DNA of 64,000 bases from Candidatus Kaiserbacteria bacterium (GCA_016217965.1 JACRFI010000020.1:11550-75549); one strand, 5' to 3'. Shown: positions 1 to 12,653, counted from the stretch's first letter. Numbers and translations are program-made. The notes: generated from the letters alone by a model not told the origin.

Positions 1-59
1 GAGCGGGCGCGAGGCGCGAGAGCGCGGGCAAAGGCAGCCGCGAGCGCATAAGCTCTGGT

Positions 60-593
60 ATGCATATCACCTTTATTCAAACTGGGGGGACAATCGACAA
101 GGATTACCCACGAGGAGAAACGAATCATGGGTACGAATTTGCGATAACAGACGCTGCGGTAAAGTCTATTCTTCCGTACTGCCATACGATGTTCACTTAT
201 GACATTGTCGAAGTGGCAAAAAAAGACAGCCTTGACCTAACCGACGATGACCGTGCAAATATTCTGAATGCAGTGCAAGCCACACGATCGAACCACATTG
301 TCATTACTCATGGCACCGACACGATGCTGAAAACTGCTGAAATGTTGGACTGCGTCGAAGGTAAGACGATCGTTCTCACCGGTGCAATGCTTCCCGAAAA
401 GTTCGTACATTCTGACGCACGATTCAACGTCGGAATGGCAGTTGCTTCCGCGCAAAGCCTTCCGTCTGGAGTTTATGTTGCGCTCTACGGCTGTGTTGTG
501 CCATGGCGGCAATTTCGCGATTTGAACGAGAGATATGAAGAGAAGGTCACCAATATGGCTCCACAAGGGAGAGATATAGACATGGAGATGTAA
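60..593 (+). CDS. Asparaginase/glutaminase family protein (short form)
   Basis: TGGTI and VITHGTDT motifs. Confidence 0.85.
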   Translation: MHITFIQTGGTIDKDYPRGETNHGYEFAITDAAVKSILPYCHTMFTYDIVEVAKKDSLDLTDDDRANILNAVQATRSNHIVITHGTDTMLKTAEMLDCVEGKTIVLTGAMLPEKFVHSDARFNVGMAVASAQSLPSGVYVALYGCVVPWRQFRDLNERYEEKVTNMAPQGRDIDMEM

Positions 594-618
594 CCTCGTT
601 TTAAGTCAGGATCATTCT

Positions 619-2082
619 ATGTCCGAACCTGGCAATGGCGATCAAATCCCGAAGCCAGAATCGCAGCGCTCTGTGCCTCACGAGTACTATGACCAATTCG
701 AGGATGAAAATTCTGGATTACAGATACTTGAAGATCTCGTTTGGAGAGGAAACTTTCTAAAACTGCACCAGCGTGGACCGGGGCTCGATGATCTGCTCCA
801 GAAGCATCTCAAGGACAAGAAGATCAATGTCGGGTTGATGGGTTCCGCAACGCCGAGAAACGCGGCAACTCTTGGAGAATTGTTAAAGAGGAATGGCCTC
901 GATCGTGAAGGCAATCAAATTTTAATTCTCGATCATAATCCGGAAGCGATTCGCCGCCATTATCAACGATTGCCGCCTCCCGGACAATTCCTAAGCCGAA
1001 TGAATTTGTCTCTCGGCGATATAAGGCATTCGGAATTTAGCGACAATTCTGCGGATCTTCTCATCTATGATTACACGATGGATTTTAATGCGCGTACTGA
1101 TGGCAATGCAGATGAGGCCTATAGAGATTTGGAGTCATCCATAAGCGGGCTCTCGAGGGTGTTGAAGGATGATGGCGTTGCCATTGTAGGAGCCATCGTC
1201 GAGAGTGATGAGGGTTCTCCTCGAGACGGAGACGGTTTGCATGGGCGCCGCTTTGCATGGAAGAGATACGAGGAACTATTCAGAAAGAATGGCCTTGAAT
1301 TTGAAATATTGTTTGCAGGGCCAATGCCGGAAGACCAGCGTGCAGTTAAAGATATTCCTGAACAGAATACCGTGCTTTTTTTACACAAAACTGAAGCGAG
1401 AAAAGCATGGCGGCGAATTTATAAAGAATATTTTGCGCCATGGGGCCTATTGGGAGGCATAGATACGTATAAAAGGATTAGATCTGGCAAACGTATTCTC
1501 GATGTGAATACCCAGCATAACGATCTTGCGATAGCTCTTGCTGATTCCGCAAAGCAAGATCCATCAAAGTTCGGGGCTTTTGTTATGGGCACGAATCGCA
1601 ACATGGTGGCTGGCCCAAATGATCCGAATTTCAAGCAGTTAGATGTCCGGCACTTGGATTTCCCGGAGGGTTTTGAAGGCTTCGATACCATTGTATCCGA
1701 CGGTGGATTTCCAGCCGATGTTCTTAAGTGGTTAGACAAAGACAAAAAAGATGCCGCTGACATGCGGGGTGCGTATGACTTCAATAAACCTATTGATGCA
1801 CCCATATCCTCCGAGGAAGCAGTCGCACAGCTTGAACAAGGATTTTCTGAGTTGTTGCGGTGGGTGAAGCCAGACGGGCGCATACGGCTCGATCCTCCAG
1901 CGACATGGGATCCGCAAACAAAATCATATAAAGATTTGGATATTGTTGAAACTGCGCTTAGCAACCTTAAAACTCGATACCACAATCAGTATCCGCATTT
2001 TCGCTGGAGAATTACCGATATGGGATTACTCATTGGAATAGATCAGCCGAAGGACAAAAAGCCCGAAGAAGAAGCTGAGTAA
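619..2082 (+). CDS. Hypothetical protein with two class I SAM methyltransferase-like domains
   Basis: 487 aa ORF; DLLIYD..RVLKDDG and FDTIVSD..RWVKPDG resemble MTase motifs. Confidence 0.55.
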   Translation: MSEPGNGDQIPKPESQRSVPHEYYDQFEDENSGLQILEDLVWRGNFLKLHQRGPGLDDLLQKHLKDKKINVGLMGSATPRNAATLGELLKRNGLDREGNQILILDHNPEAIRRHYQRLPPPGQFLSRMNLSLGDIRHSEFSDNSADLLIYDYTMDFNARTDGNADEAYRDLESSISGLSRVLKDDGVAIVGAIVESDEGSPRDGDGLHGRRFAWKRYEELFRKNGLEFEILFAGPMPEDQRAVKDIPEQNTVLFLHKTEARKAWRRIYKEYFAPWGLLGGIDTYKRIRSGKRILDVNTQHNDLAIALADSAKQDPSKFGAFVMGTNRNMVAGPNDPNFKQLDVRHLDFPEGFEGFDTIVSDGGFPADVLKWLDKDKKDAADMRGAYDFNKPIDAPISSEEAVAQLEQGFSELLRWVKPDGRIRLDPPATWDPQTKSYKDLDIVETALSNLKTRYHNQYPHFRWRITDMGLLIGIDQPKDKKPEEEAE

Positions 2083-2109
2083 GGCAAGATCGCATAGTAT
2101 AGTTCTTTC

Positions 2110-2667
2110 GTGGAGACGTATGATCCGAATAAAATAGGTTCGCGCATAGCGTGGGGACGCTCTCACTCGGTGTATCGGTACGGAGAAAACGAGGTCATCA
2201 AATTTCCGCGCTGGCAATCGGTATTTGGAACATTGCTGTTTGACAGGGTGGTACACGACGAATTGATTTGCAGGAACTATTTCGGCGATTACTGTCTTGA
2301 TACGCGTGTCGTGCAAGCGCCCGATGGAACACATCGTGCAGAAATCCAGCCTTTCGTCGCTGGGGGACACTATCTTTCAAAAAGTGATCTTGCGGACCCA
2401 GTTATTAAGCAACATTTTGATGCATTCACGGATAGATACAAAGAATTCATCGATACAGGACATTCTCCGTTAGACCTCATCGGCCAGGGTGGCGTTCTGT
2501 GGCGATGTTTAAGCAATGTGTTCGTGCTTGAAAATAAAGACCTGAAGATTTTTGATATTACGATTATGGACACGAAAGGTCTTGGGGGCTGGGGAATACT
2601 CTTTGGCCCAGTGTTTCTGTATGCGCGAATTCGGCAGCGAAACACGCTCCGTTGGCTCAAGTCATGA
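2110..2667 (+). CDS. Hypothetical protein, possible kinase-like fold
   Basis: IAWGRSHSVY..VIK and NVFV..LKIFD loosely match kinase-like motifs. Confidence 0.45.
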   Translation: METYDPNKIGSRIAWGRSHSVYRYGENEVIKFPRWQSVFGTLLFDRVVHDELICRNYFGDYCLDTRVVQAPDGTHRAEIQPFVAGGHYLSKSDLADPVIKQHFDAFTDRYKEFIDTGHSPLDLIGQGGVLWRCLSNVFVLENKDLKIFDITIMDTKGLGGWGILFGPVFLYARIRQRNTLRWLKS

Positions 2668-2684
2668 CGTACACCACAGACATA

Positions 2685-2720
2685 ACGAAAACGGCTGCCG
2701 TATGGGCAGCGTTTTCATTT
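2685..2720. terminator. Hairpin terminator between convergent CDS and tRNA-Tyr
   Basis: gaaaacggctgcc-gtatg-ggcagcgttttc stem with A/T flanks. Confidence 0.55.
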
Positions 2721-2722
2721 TG

Positions 2723-2805
2723 TGCGCCGGGCTGGATTCGAACCAGCGAAGACCGAAGCCAACGCGTCTACAGCGCGTCCCCTTTGACCGCTTGGGTACC
2801 GACGC
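2723..2805 (-). tRNA. tRNA-Tyr(GTA)
   Basis: Acceptor GCGTCGG/CCGGCGC, anticodon arm acgcg-ctGTAga-cgcgt, long variable arm, GGTTCGAATCC. Confidence 0.95.
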
Positions 2806-2850
2806 AACGAGCATAGTATGCCTCACTTTTTCGCGTGCTACAATCCTCAG

Positions 2851-3234
2851 ATGATGCGTCGGGCAGTGAGGGTGGTGGGGATATTTTTCGGACTTTCTTT
2901 GCCGTACATTAGCTACGCCCAAACAATTCTCCCAAAAAAGATAGTTCCTTGCGACGGGTTGAATTGCACTGTCTGCAGCCTTGCGGAATTGGCCCAGAAT
3001 ATCCTCAATGCCGGGATAGTTATCAGCGTTTTCCTCTCGGCAATGCTTTTCGCCTACGCCGGGTGGCTGTATCTTACGAACGAGGCGATAGGGCAGCAGC
3101 AAAAGGCGAAGGACACCTTCAAGAACGTTGTACTCGGGCTTGTCATCATTCTTGCAGCCTGGGTCATAGTGGATACGCTTATGAAAATGACCCTCGGAGG
3201 GAATTATCTCCCTTGGAATAACGTCTGCGGGTGA
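2851..3234 (+). CDS. TrbC/VirB2-like pilin (CPR type)
   Basis: Signal peptide, Cys cluster, two TM segments with YAGWLYLT..AKDTFKNVVLGLVII pattern. Confidence 0.7.
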   Translation: MMRRAVRVVGIFFGLSLPYISYAQTILPKKIVPCDGLNCTVCSLAELAQNILNAGIVISVFLSAMLFAYAGWLYLTNEAIGQQQKAKDTFKNVVLGLVIILAAWVIVDTLMKMTLGGNYLPWNNVCG

Positions 3235-3283
3235 CCAGCGAATATATTGCCATTCCTTACCATTTCCGCTATAGTGCTGCGTC

Positions 3284-3442
3284 ATGTCCCAAGATCAACT
3301 CATAAAAATCGCCTGCGAGAAGTGCAAGCGCACCAACTATTGGTCACGCAAGAATCGTAAGCTCGTCGAGCGCAAGATCGAGCTGAAGAAGTATTGCAAA
3401 TGGTGCAAGGCGCATACGAAACATAAAGAAGTGAAGAAATAA
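3284..3442 (+). CDS. rpmG: 50S ribosomal protein L33
   Basis: Manual translation MSQDQLIKIACEKCKRTNYWSRKNRKLVERKIELKKYCKWCKAHTKHKEVKK (below ORF-track cutoff). Confidence 0.95.
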   Translation: MSQDQLIKIACEKCKRTNYWSRKNRKLVERKIELKKYCKWCKAHTKHKEVKK

Positions 3443-3598
3443 GCCTTGCCCATTTGCAAATGGGAGGGGTCGGGAAACGGGAGTTTCCCGTGGAGGAAGG
3501 CAGCGCGTTTCTTCTGGTACGCGCGTTGGAAAACCGTGGGTTTCCAAATATGCTTGTGGTGCAAGGCGCATACGAAGCACAAGGAAACTAAGAAGTAA
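3443..3598 (+). mobile_element. 114-bp hairpin-rich insert followed by diverged duplicate of the rpmG 3' end
   Basis: 3401-3442 repeated at 3557-3598; hairpins cgggaaac/gtttcccg and ttggaaa..cc/ggtttccaa. Confidence 0.6.
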
Positions 3599-3645
3599 TC
3601 GCGGCTTGTCGCATACAGCGACACGCTCTATACTCAGCCGCGAAG

Positions 3646-3716
3646 GGGTCCATCGTATAGTGGTAGTACAACGGTCTCCAAAACCGTTAGTCTAGGTTCG
3701 ATTCCTAGTGGGCCCG
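3646..3716 (+). tRNA. tRNA-Trp(CCA)
   Basis: Acceptor GGGTCCA/TGGGCCC, anticodon arm acggt-ctCCAaa-accgt, GGTTCGATTCC. Confidence 0.95.
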
Positions 3717-3777
3717 CCTTCGGTTCGCAGTAGCGAACCTTCGGCGTGGCTAAGCCCGTTGAAGGTTTGCGAAGGCG
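3715..3777. repeat. REP-like hairpin pair upstream of GIY-YIG gene
   Basis: cgccttcg-gttcgc-agta-gcgaac-cttcggcg plus degenerate inverted partner gttgaaggtttgcgaaggcg. Confidence 0.55.
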
Positions 3778-3787
3778 ACAAATCGAT

Positions 3788-4021
3788 ATGTATTATGTCT
3801 ACAGCTTAAAGTGTAGAGATGGGTACTACATTGGTTGCACAAACGACCTAAAAGATAGGGTAGCGCGACATGTGGCTGGTCAAGTTCTTGCAACTGCCGA
3901 CCGGCTTCCCGTCAATCTCGCCTTCTATTTTGCTCTCGAGAATAAGTACAAAGCATTCGCATTTGAGAAGTATCTGAAATCAGGCTCGGGAAGGACTTTT
4001 CTCAAGAGGCACTTTTCTTAA
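3788..4021 (+). CDS. Stand-alone GIY-YIG nuclease (77 aa)
   Basis: YYVYSL..YYIGCTNDLKDRVARH..E.YLKSG motif. Confidence 0.9.
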   Translation: MYYVYSLKCRDGYYIGCTNDLKDRVARHVAGQVLATADRLPVNLAFYFALENKYKAFAFEKYLKSGSGRTFLKRHFS

Positions 4022-4545
4022 GCCTCCGTGGGTTTCCAAGCTCCGTATGTGGGCCCGTAAGATTTGGGTTTGCATCCCTGTTGATTATCGTATGCATTAT
4101 CATGACAATTTACGTGTGTATCGGGCATTGGTGGACAAATGAGTAAACCTAATAAACAAACCCAATCCATATTGACAGGACCGGTTTATCACTGTTTGGT
4201 CTTATTAACAGTCCCTTTTTTGCCCCACATGCCCTTCATGAGCGCATAATGTAGATACTCTGCGTGCGTGTCTCCCAAGGGAAACCAGCGGAGTAGAAGC
4301 CGCTTCCGTAAATGTACCGCATAGGATCTCCCATGTAGGACTGAACGAAAGCGTGGCCACGGTTACGCTTCGCCTCGCTCTTCTTGTGAAAAAAGCAAAA
4401 GACACCGGCAGGTGTCTCTTGCTGACCACACTTCCGCCCACAAGCGAACGTGTTGAGGAAATTATATTACCTCAACAGACATCGCGGGCTAAAGAGTGTG
4501 CATAAGTCCGGTGAAGGCCGTTATTAGAACAGGCACATTGACGTT

Positions 4546-4692
4546 ATGGCACGAAATGAAAGAACGTCGAGTCGCATCGGTACGCTTGCTTCACAGGTGT
4601 TAAGTGGAGACAAGAGACCAACAGCAAAGGAAATAAAAAGCCTTGCTGCCGCGGCTCTGACACAACGACCAGACAAAGGTAAGAAGCGGTAA
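4546..4692 (+). CDS. Small basic hypothetical protein (48 aa)
   Basis: Manual translation MARNERTSSRIGTLASQVLSGDKRPTAKEIKSLAAAALTQRPDKGKKR. Confidence 0.5.
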   Translation: MARNERTSSRIGTLASQVLSGDKRPTAKEIKSLAAAALTQRPDKGKKR

Positions 4693-4711
4693 CAATTCCG
4701 CATGCTGCCGG

Positions 4712-6157
4712 ATGCGACGTAAAAAAGTAGGAGCCCTGGATATTCTAGGGCTTCTACCAAAAATCTTAACGGAGAACTTATACGAAAACGGTATGCACCG
4801 AAAAAAACCCGGGGTTTTGTCGATCAAAGCCACATTGCAAATTAAAGGCAGGGACAAGCAAATTGATGTTTCAATGTACTGCAACAAAGAGGCAGTAGCC
4901 ACAATTCCGCGCGAACAATTGGAAGCAAAGCTAACTGCAGATTTGCAGAGCATCTCACTCCAGAAGCCTTTTGAAATAAAAACGACACACGCATTTTATA
5001 GCTTAGCGGATGCACGGGATATTTCCCGAGCGCGGCAAAACGCATTTGCGAATACTATTTTGCAGGCGCATCTACCTTATTGCTTGCATCTACCCTCGGG
5101 TCAAGAAATGATAGTTACGTACGGGTCTAACAAAAAAGCAAAAATCACTTTTGAGAAAATCTGGACACAAAATGCTATTGGATCAAGTGAGGTAGATTTT
5201 TTTGAAAAAGAGCATGGACTCTACTTACAAAAAGGCGTCCTTACAGGACCAAGGAATCCAATTAATCCGCAAGAGGGTTGGGAACAAAAAGTGACGGGGA
5301 CAAACGTTGAGCGAACAAGAGACACGAACGGTATATTTCGATTTTCACGGATAGCGATCCAGTTTGATACTACGGTTTCCGACGCTCAGCTAGATACACC
5401 ACGAGACAGACAACCGCCTGATGATCGAACAGTTGTAGACAGTGTAGTGGACGAGGCGCTAGCAATTGTTAACACTATGCTCGGTGTATACAGGCACGTG
5501 ACCAAAGAAGATTGGGTGGAGCCGATAGGATTCCTAGCTGTTAATGATATTTATTTCGTCGATCTAAATAGAGGTGTCTATTTAATGTCGATCGGTCATG
5601 GTATCGGTGGTGCAATGATAAATCGACCGGAGAAAGAGATTAATAAAATTGAAGACATGCTTTTGAGCGCAGAATCACCGCCTTTGTACGAAATTCTACT
5701 TATGAGCGCCGAGACAGCATTGCATAAGCGGTCTCTGACATTAGCAGTTGTCGAATCATTTCAAGCTCTAGAAATATTTATCACAAGATATCTCTTTGAG
5801 GCCTACCTATTTGCGGGTCTACCAGAAGCACAGGCGAATAAAGTCTTAAACGTGAAATGGAAAATTGTAGACCGCCTAAAAGAGGTTTTACAAGATGTTC
5901 GCGGCGTGAAGCTCACGAGCGAACCGGTTCTATGGAGAAACTGGAGCAGATCATATTTCGACGTAAGAAATCCTCTTATACATAGCGGCAGAAAACCAGA
6001 ACTTACTGAGGCACAGTCAGCGATTGAGGCAAATTCTGCAGTCATCACATGGGTAAAATCCTTGCAGGTAAAGGCCAAATCAGTTCCTCTGGCTGAGGAA
6101 ATCTTAAACGGCAAAAAACGCCCATTTTTAAGAAAACTAATAAACTTATTTCACTAA
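4712..6157 (+). CDS. Hypothetical protein with C-terminal HEPN-like domain
   Basis: 481 aa, visibly more AT-rich; AVVESFQALE helix and RNPLIH (RxxxxH) motif. Confidence 0.6.
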   Translation: MRRKKVGALDILGLLPKILTENLYENGMHRKKPGVLSIKATLQIKGRDKQIDVSMYCNKEAVATIPREQLEAKLTADLQSISLQKPFEIKTTHAFYSLADARDISRARQNAFANTILQAHLPYCLHLPSGQEMIVTYGSNKKAKITFEKIWTQNAIGSSEVDFFEKEHGLYLQKGVLTGPRNPINPQEGWEQKVTGTNVERTRDTNGIFRFSRIAIQFDTTVSDAQLDTPRDRQPPDDRTVVDSVVDEALAIVNTMLGVYRHVTKEDWVEPIGFLAVNDIYFVDLNRGVYLMSIGHGIGGAMINRPEKEINKIEDMLLSAESPPLYEILLMSAETALHKRSLTLAVVESFQALEIFITRYLFEAYLFAGLPEAQANKVLNVKWKIVDRLKEVLQDVRGVKLTSEPVLWRNWSRSYFDVRNPLIHSGRKPELTEAQSAIEANSAVITWVKSLQVKAKSVPLAEEILNGKKRPFLRKLINLFH

Positions 6158-6171
6158 CGCGATTTCAACAT

Positions 6172-6198
6172 CCCTCGTACGCTGAAGCTTCGGAAGGG
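6172..6198 (+). repeat. REP-like hairpin upstream of GIY-YIG gene
   Basis: ccctcgtacgctgaagcttcggaaggg; same cgct.aagct core as 13093-13120. Confidence 0.55.
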
Positions 6199-6232
6199 AA
6201 GGCACAGAGTCCGCATGAGATAATCAATCTCG

Positions 6233-6484
6233 ATGTACTACGTATACATTCTCCTCTGCAAAAATAAGAGTCTATACACGGGCGTCGCGATCGATGTTCA
6301 AAAACGATTCGAAGAGCATAAGGCAAAAAAGGGCGCGAAATACACGAGGTCATTCGTTCCTGTCAGGATTCTATACAAGGAGTCTTTTTCAAACCGATCT
6401 GACGCTCAGAAGCGAGAAATGCAGATAAAAGGGTGGGGGAGAAAAGAGAAACTGAATCTAATTAAATCAGTAACTTCGCTTTGA
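6233..6484 (+). CDS. Stand-alone GIY-YIG nuclease (83 aa, UPF0213-like)
   Basis: YYVYIL..LYTG..RFEEH..GAKYTR..RE.QIK. Confidence 0.92.
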   Translation: MYYVYILLCKNKSLYTGVAIDVQKRFEEHKAKKGAKYTRSFVPVRILYKESFSNRSDAQKREMQIKGWGRKEKLNLIKSVTSL

Positions 6485-6522
6485 TATGTATCAAAGGCGC
6501 ATTTCCTGATAAGCTTCCGACC

Positions 6523-7194
6523 ATGGACCGAAGCTTTAAACATCTTGGCACGATAAGCGTCTTCTTTGTCTCGGTCCTCCTCATTTCGAACATTGCATCT
6601 ACCAAGATAGTTGATTTTGGTTGGTTCACGTTTGATGGCGGGACGCTTCTGTTTCCCCTTAGTTACATTTTCGCTGACATCTTGACGGAAGTGTACGGAT
6701 TCCGGCGCTCACGAAAAGTCATCTGGCTGGGTTTTTTCTCGGCACTTGTAATGTCGCTTGTGCTTATCATTGTCGGGAAATTGCCGCCGGCAGCGGATTG
6801 GGGGAATCAAGAGGCATACAACGCTATACTCGGCCTTACGCCACGCATTGTGATAGGCAGCCTGCTCGCATATTTCTGTGGTGAATTCGTGAACTCGTTC
6901 GTTCTCGCAAAAATGAAAGTCTGGACTGCCGGCAAAAGGCTCTGGATGCGAACTATCGGTTCTACTGTGGTTGGCGAAGGGGTCGATACAGCGATCTTTG
7001 TTCTTGTAGCATTTTGGGGCGTACTTCCGGCCCCTCTTCTCATTACGGTTATCGTTTCCAACTACATATTCAAAACAGGCGTGGAAGTCTTGTTTACGCC
7101 AATAACATACGCAATCGTCAAGTACTTGAAAAAAACGGAAAATGAGGACTATTACGACAGAGGTACAAATTTCAATCCGTTTAGCGTACGATAA
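6523..7194 (+). CDS. yhhQ: Queuosine precursor transporter (VUT/YhhQ family)
   Basis: LFPLSYIFADILTEVYG, RTIGSTVVGEGVDT. Confidence 0.9.
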   Translation: MDRSFKHLGTISVFFVSVLLISNIASTKIVDFGWFTFDGGTLLFPLSYIFADILTEVYGFRRSRKVIWLGFFSALVMSLVLIIVGKLPPAADWGNQEAYNAILGLTPRIVIGSLLAYFCGEFVNSFVLAKMKVWTAGKRLWMRTIGSTVVGEGVDTAIFVLVAFWGVLPAPLLITVIVSNYIFKTGVEVLFTPITYAIVKYLKKTENEDYYDRGTNFNPFSVR

Positions 7195-7197
7195 GGC

Positions 7198-8526
7198 ATG
7201 GCATCAGGCGGGAAGCTGTACGGTAAGCAGACAGAGCTCGCAATAAAACATTTTCCCGGCACCGAACTTTGGCCGCGTGAAATGGTAGAGGCCCATGCGC
7301 TCGTAAAAAAGGCGGCGGCGCGAACAAACGCAGCGCTTGGCGTTCTGGAAAAGAAAATCGCGAAAGCGATAGAAAAGGCGGCAGACGAACTTATTGCTGG
7401 GAAGCACGCAGACCAGTTTCCGCTTTCTATCTGGCAAAGCGGGAGTGGCACGCAGTTCAATATGAATGTGAACGAAGTTCTTGCTACTCGTGCGAACCAG
7501 CATCTGAAGCGCACCGACATTCATCCCAATGACCACGTAAATTGCAGCCAATCAACGAACGACACCATTCCGACGTCGATTCATATTGCCGCAGTTCTCC
7601 TTATGTCACACAGCCTTATTCCTCGACTCGAAGCACTTCAGGCGTCCCTAGAGAAAAAGTCAAAACAATTCAACAGCGTCGTAAAAATAGGCCGCACGCA
7701 TCTGCAGGACGCAGTGCCGCTTACCCTTGGACAAGAGTTTTCGGGATATGCGCGGCAAGTTCAATATGCGCGAGAGCAACTTGAAGAAACCAGTAAAGGC
7801 CTCTACGAGCTTGCAATCGGAGGCACTGCTCTTGGCACTGGCGTGAATGCGCCGAGGGGTTTTAAAGTACTGGTTGTAAAAAACATCAATACTCTGACCG
7901 GCCACACATTCACACCTGCAAAGAATTTGTTTGCGAACATGGCGGCGCATGATGCTGTCGTGTCGACATCGGGCGCTCTGAAGACCATCGCACTTGCACT
8001 GATGAAAATTGCAAACGACATTCGTTTCCTTGGCAGCGGCCCACGCGCCGGCCTTGCGGAACTAATTTTGCCCGCGAACGAGCCGGGGAGTTCCATCATG
8101 CCTGGAAAAGTGAATCCGACGCAGAGCGAGATGGTGATGATGGTCGCCTGCCAATGTTTAGGAAACGATGCTGCCATCACGGCAGGGGCTGCGACGATGT
8201 CGAATTTCGACATGCAGGCTTCAAAACCTCTGTTCGCGAACTCACTTCTGCAGTCCATCCGGCTTCTCTCGGAAGCGGCTGAGTCGTTCGAAAAGCATTG
8301 CGTCCGTGGCATAAAGGCGGATACGGAGCGGCTTCGGAACTATGCCGAACGCTCTCTTATGCTTGTAACGCCGCTAGCAAAGAAAATCGGGTACGATAAG
8401 GCTGCGGAAATAGCAAAAAAAGCACACAAGGAGAACTCGACGCTAGAAGAGGCCGCCATCGCGCTCGGATACGTGACGAGGGAGGAATTCAGGAAGTGGG
8501 TGGATATTAAGAAAATGATAGGCTGA
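7198..8526 (+). CDS. fumC: Class II fumarate hydratase
   Basis: GSSIMPGKVNP signature, QSGSGTQFNMNVNEV. Confidence 0.95.
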   Translation: MASGGKLYGKQTELAIKHFPGTELWPREMVEAHALVKKAAARTNAALGVLEKKIAKAIEKAADELIAGKHADQFPLSIWQSGSGTQFNMNVNEVLATRANQHLKRTDIHPNDHVNCSQSTNDTIPTSIHIAAVLLMSHSLIPRLEALQASLEKKSKQFNSVVKIGRTHLQDAVPLTLGQEFSGYARQVQYAREQLEETSKGLYELAIGGTALGTGVNAPRGFKVLVVKNINTLTGHTFTPAKNLFANMAAHDAVVSTSGALKTIALALMKIANDIRFLGSGPRAGLAELILPANEPGSSIMPGKVNPTQSEMVMMVACQCLGNDAAITAGAATMSNFDMQASKPLFANSLLQSIRLLSEAAESFEKHCVRGIKADTERLRNYAERSLMLVTPLAKKIGYDKAAEIAKKAHKENSTLEEAAIALGYVTREEFRKWVDIKKMIG

Positions 8527-8533
8527 ATATGCC

Positions 8534-9010
8534 ATGACCGACGTGACAAGATCTGCACGAGAAGCTCTTGATAAAATCGAGTGGAAAGGCGACATCAAGA
8601 TAAATGAGATGATTTCGATCTCGTTGCACAAAAAGACAAAGAATATCGCGATACACATCACAGCCTCTGACAATCTCAACTCCCCTGAAAAATTGGATGA
8701 AATAAATAAAGGACTCAAAGAACTTGCTCTGAAGATAAACAACCCAAAAATTTATCCAGGCTTTGATAGTGTTACGTTTACCTCATGGATCGTGATGCTG
8801 CACGACCGGCTCGTGAAGTGGCTCGGCTTTTTCGTCGATTATGAGGGGAAGGATCCGCGATCCGTACCGATGATCTTGGATTACTACAAGCGTCGCGGAA
8901 GCAGAAATAACGAAAATTCGTATGTCCGCCCGGAACAGTGGGCGATAGAACCACTTTTTGCTTCGATGGCTCGTGATAAATTTGTCGAGAAATTAGCAAA
9001 AGATGTATAA
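8534..9010 (+). CDS. Hypothetical protein
   Basis: 158 aa ORF filling the gap between fumC and eno. Confidence 0.6.
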   Translation: MTDVTRSAREALDKIEWKGDIKINEMISISLHKKTKNIAIHITASDNLNSPEKLDEINKGLKELALKINNPKIYPGFDSVTFTSWIVMLHDRLVKWLGFFVDYEGKDPRSVPMILDYYKRRGSRNNENSYVRPEQWAIEPLFASMARDKFVEKLAKDV

Positions 9011-11829
<2,819 letters not shown>

Positions 11830-12653
11830 AAACCACTCGATCTCACCGTTCTTGCGCCAATAGGTCATCTGCCGCCGGGCATAGTGCCATATGTCGCGTT
11901 CCAAATCGCGCAGCATGTCGTCTTTAGATATATTGTTCTGTAAAAATCGCGAGAGGTACCGATATTCGAGTCCCAGTTGATCCATGCGTTTGTAAGAGAG
12001 TCCCTGCCCGCGCAATATTTTTGCCTCAGCCACCATCCCATGCCTCATTCTATCCAAGAGGCGAGCGTGAATTTTCTTTCGCAACGTTTTGTCATCCGGC
12101 TTCAGACCGATCCAAATCGAACTATATCGACCTCGTAGGTCGATAGAAGGCAAGGGAACTTTGCCAAGAGCCTTTGCAATTTCGATAGCGCGGACCAGAC
12201 GAACCGGATTTTTCCTGTCGATATTTTTTGCTCGCCGCGGATCCATCTTTTTCAGCATTGCGTACAACTGCGAAGCGGATTTCTTTTCTAGACGTGCGCG
12301 TAATTTTGAATTTGCAGGTACGTCGGGGAGCGATATGCGGCCGAGAAGTGCATCGATGTAAAATCCGGTTCCGCCACAGATGATGGGCGTTTTGCCGCGA
12401 CGCACAATATCTTCGAGTGCTTCTCGGCCGCGTGCAACGAAATCTGCGGCGGTAAATACTTTTTTGGGAGATGCCACGTCCAGGAGATGATGTCGAATGC
12501 CCTTCATCTCGCTTCTCGTTACTTTTCCCGTCCCGATATCGAGCCCTTTGTACACTTGCCGAGAATCTGCAGAGATGACTTCTCCGCCAATATTTCGCGC
12601 CAAATCAATCGAGAGTGCCGTCTTGCCGCTTGATGTCGGTCCGACGATGACGA

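Noticed and set aside
4205-4441. 78-aa minus-strand ORF in the islet
   Set aside because: No motifs or clear start signals; cannot be supported
6481-6522. preQ1 riboswitch before yhhQ
   Set aside because: No recognisable motif and almost no leader space
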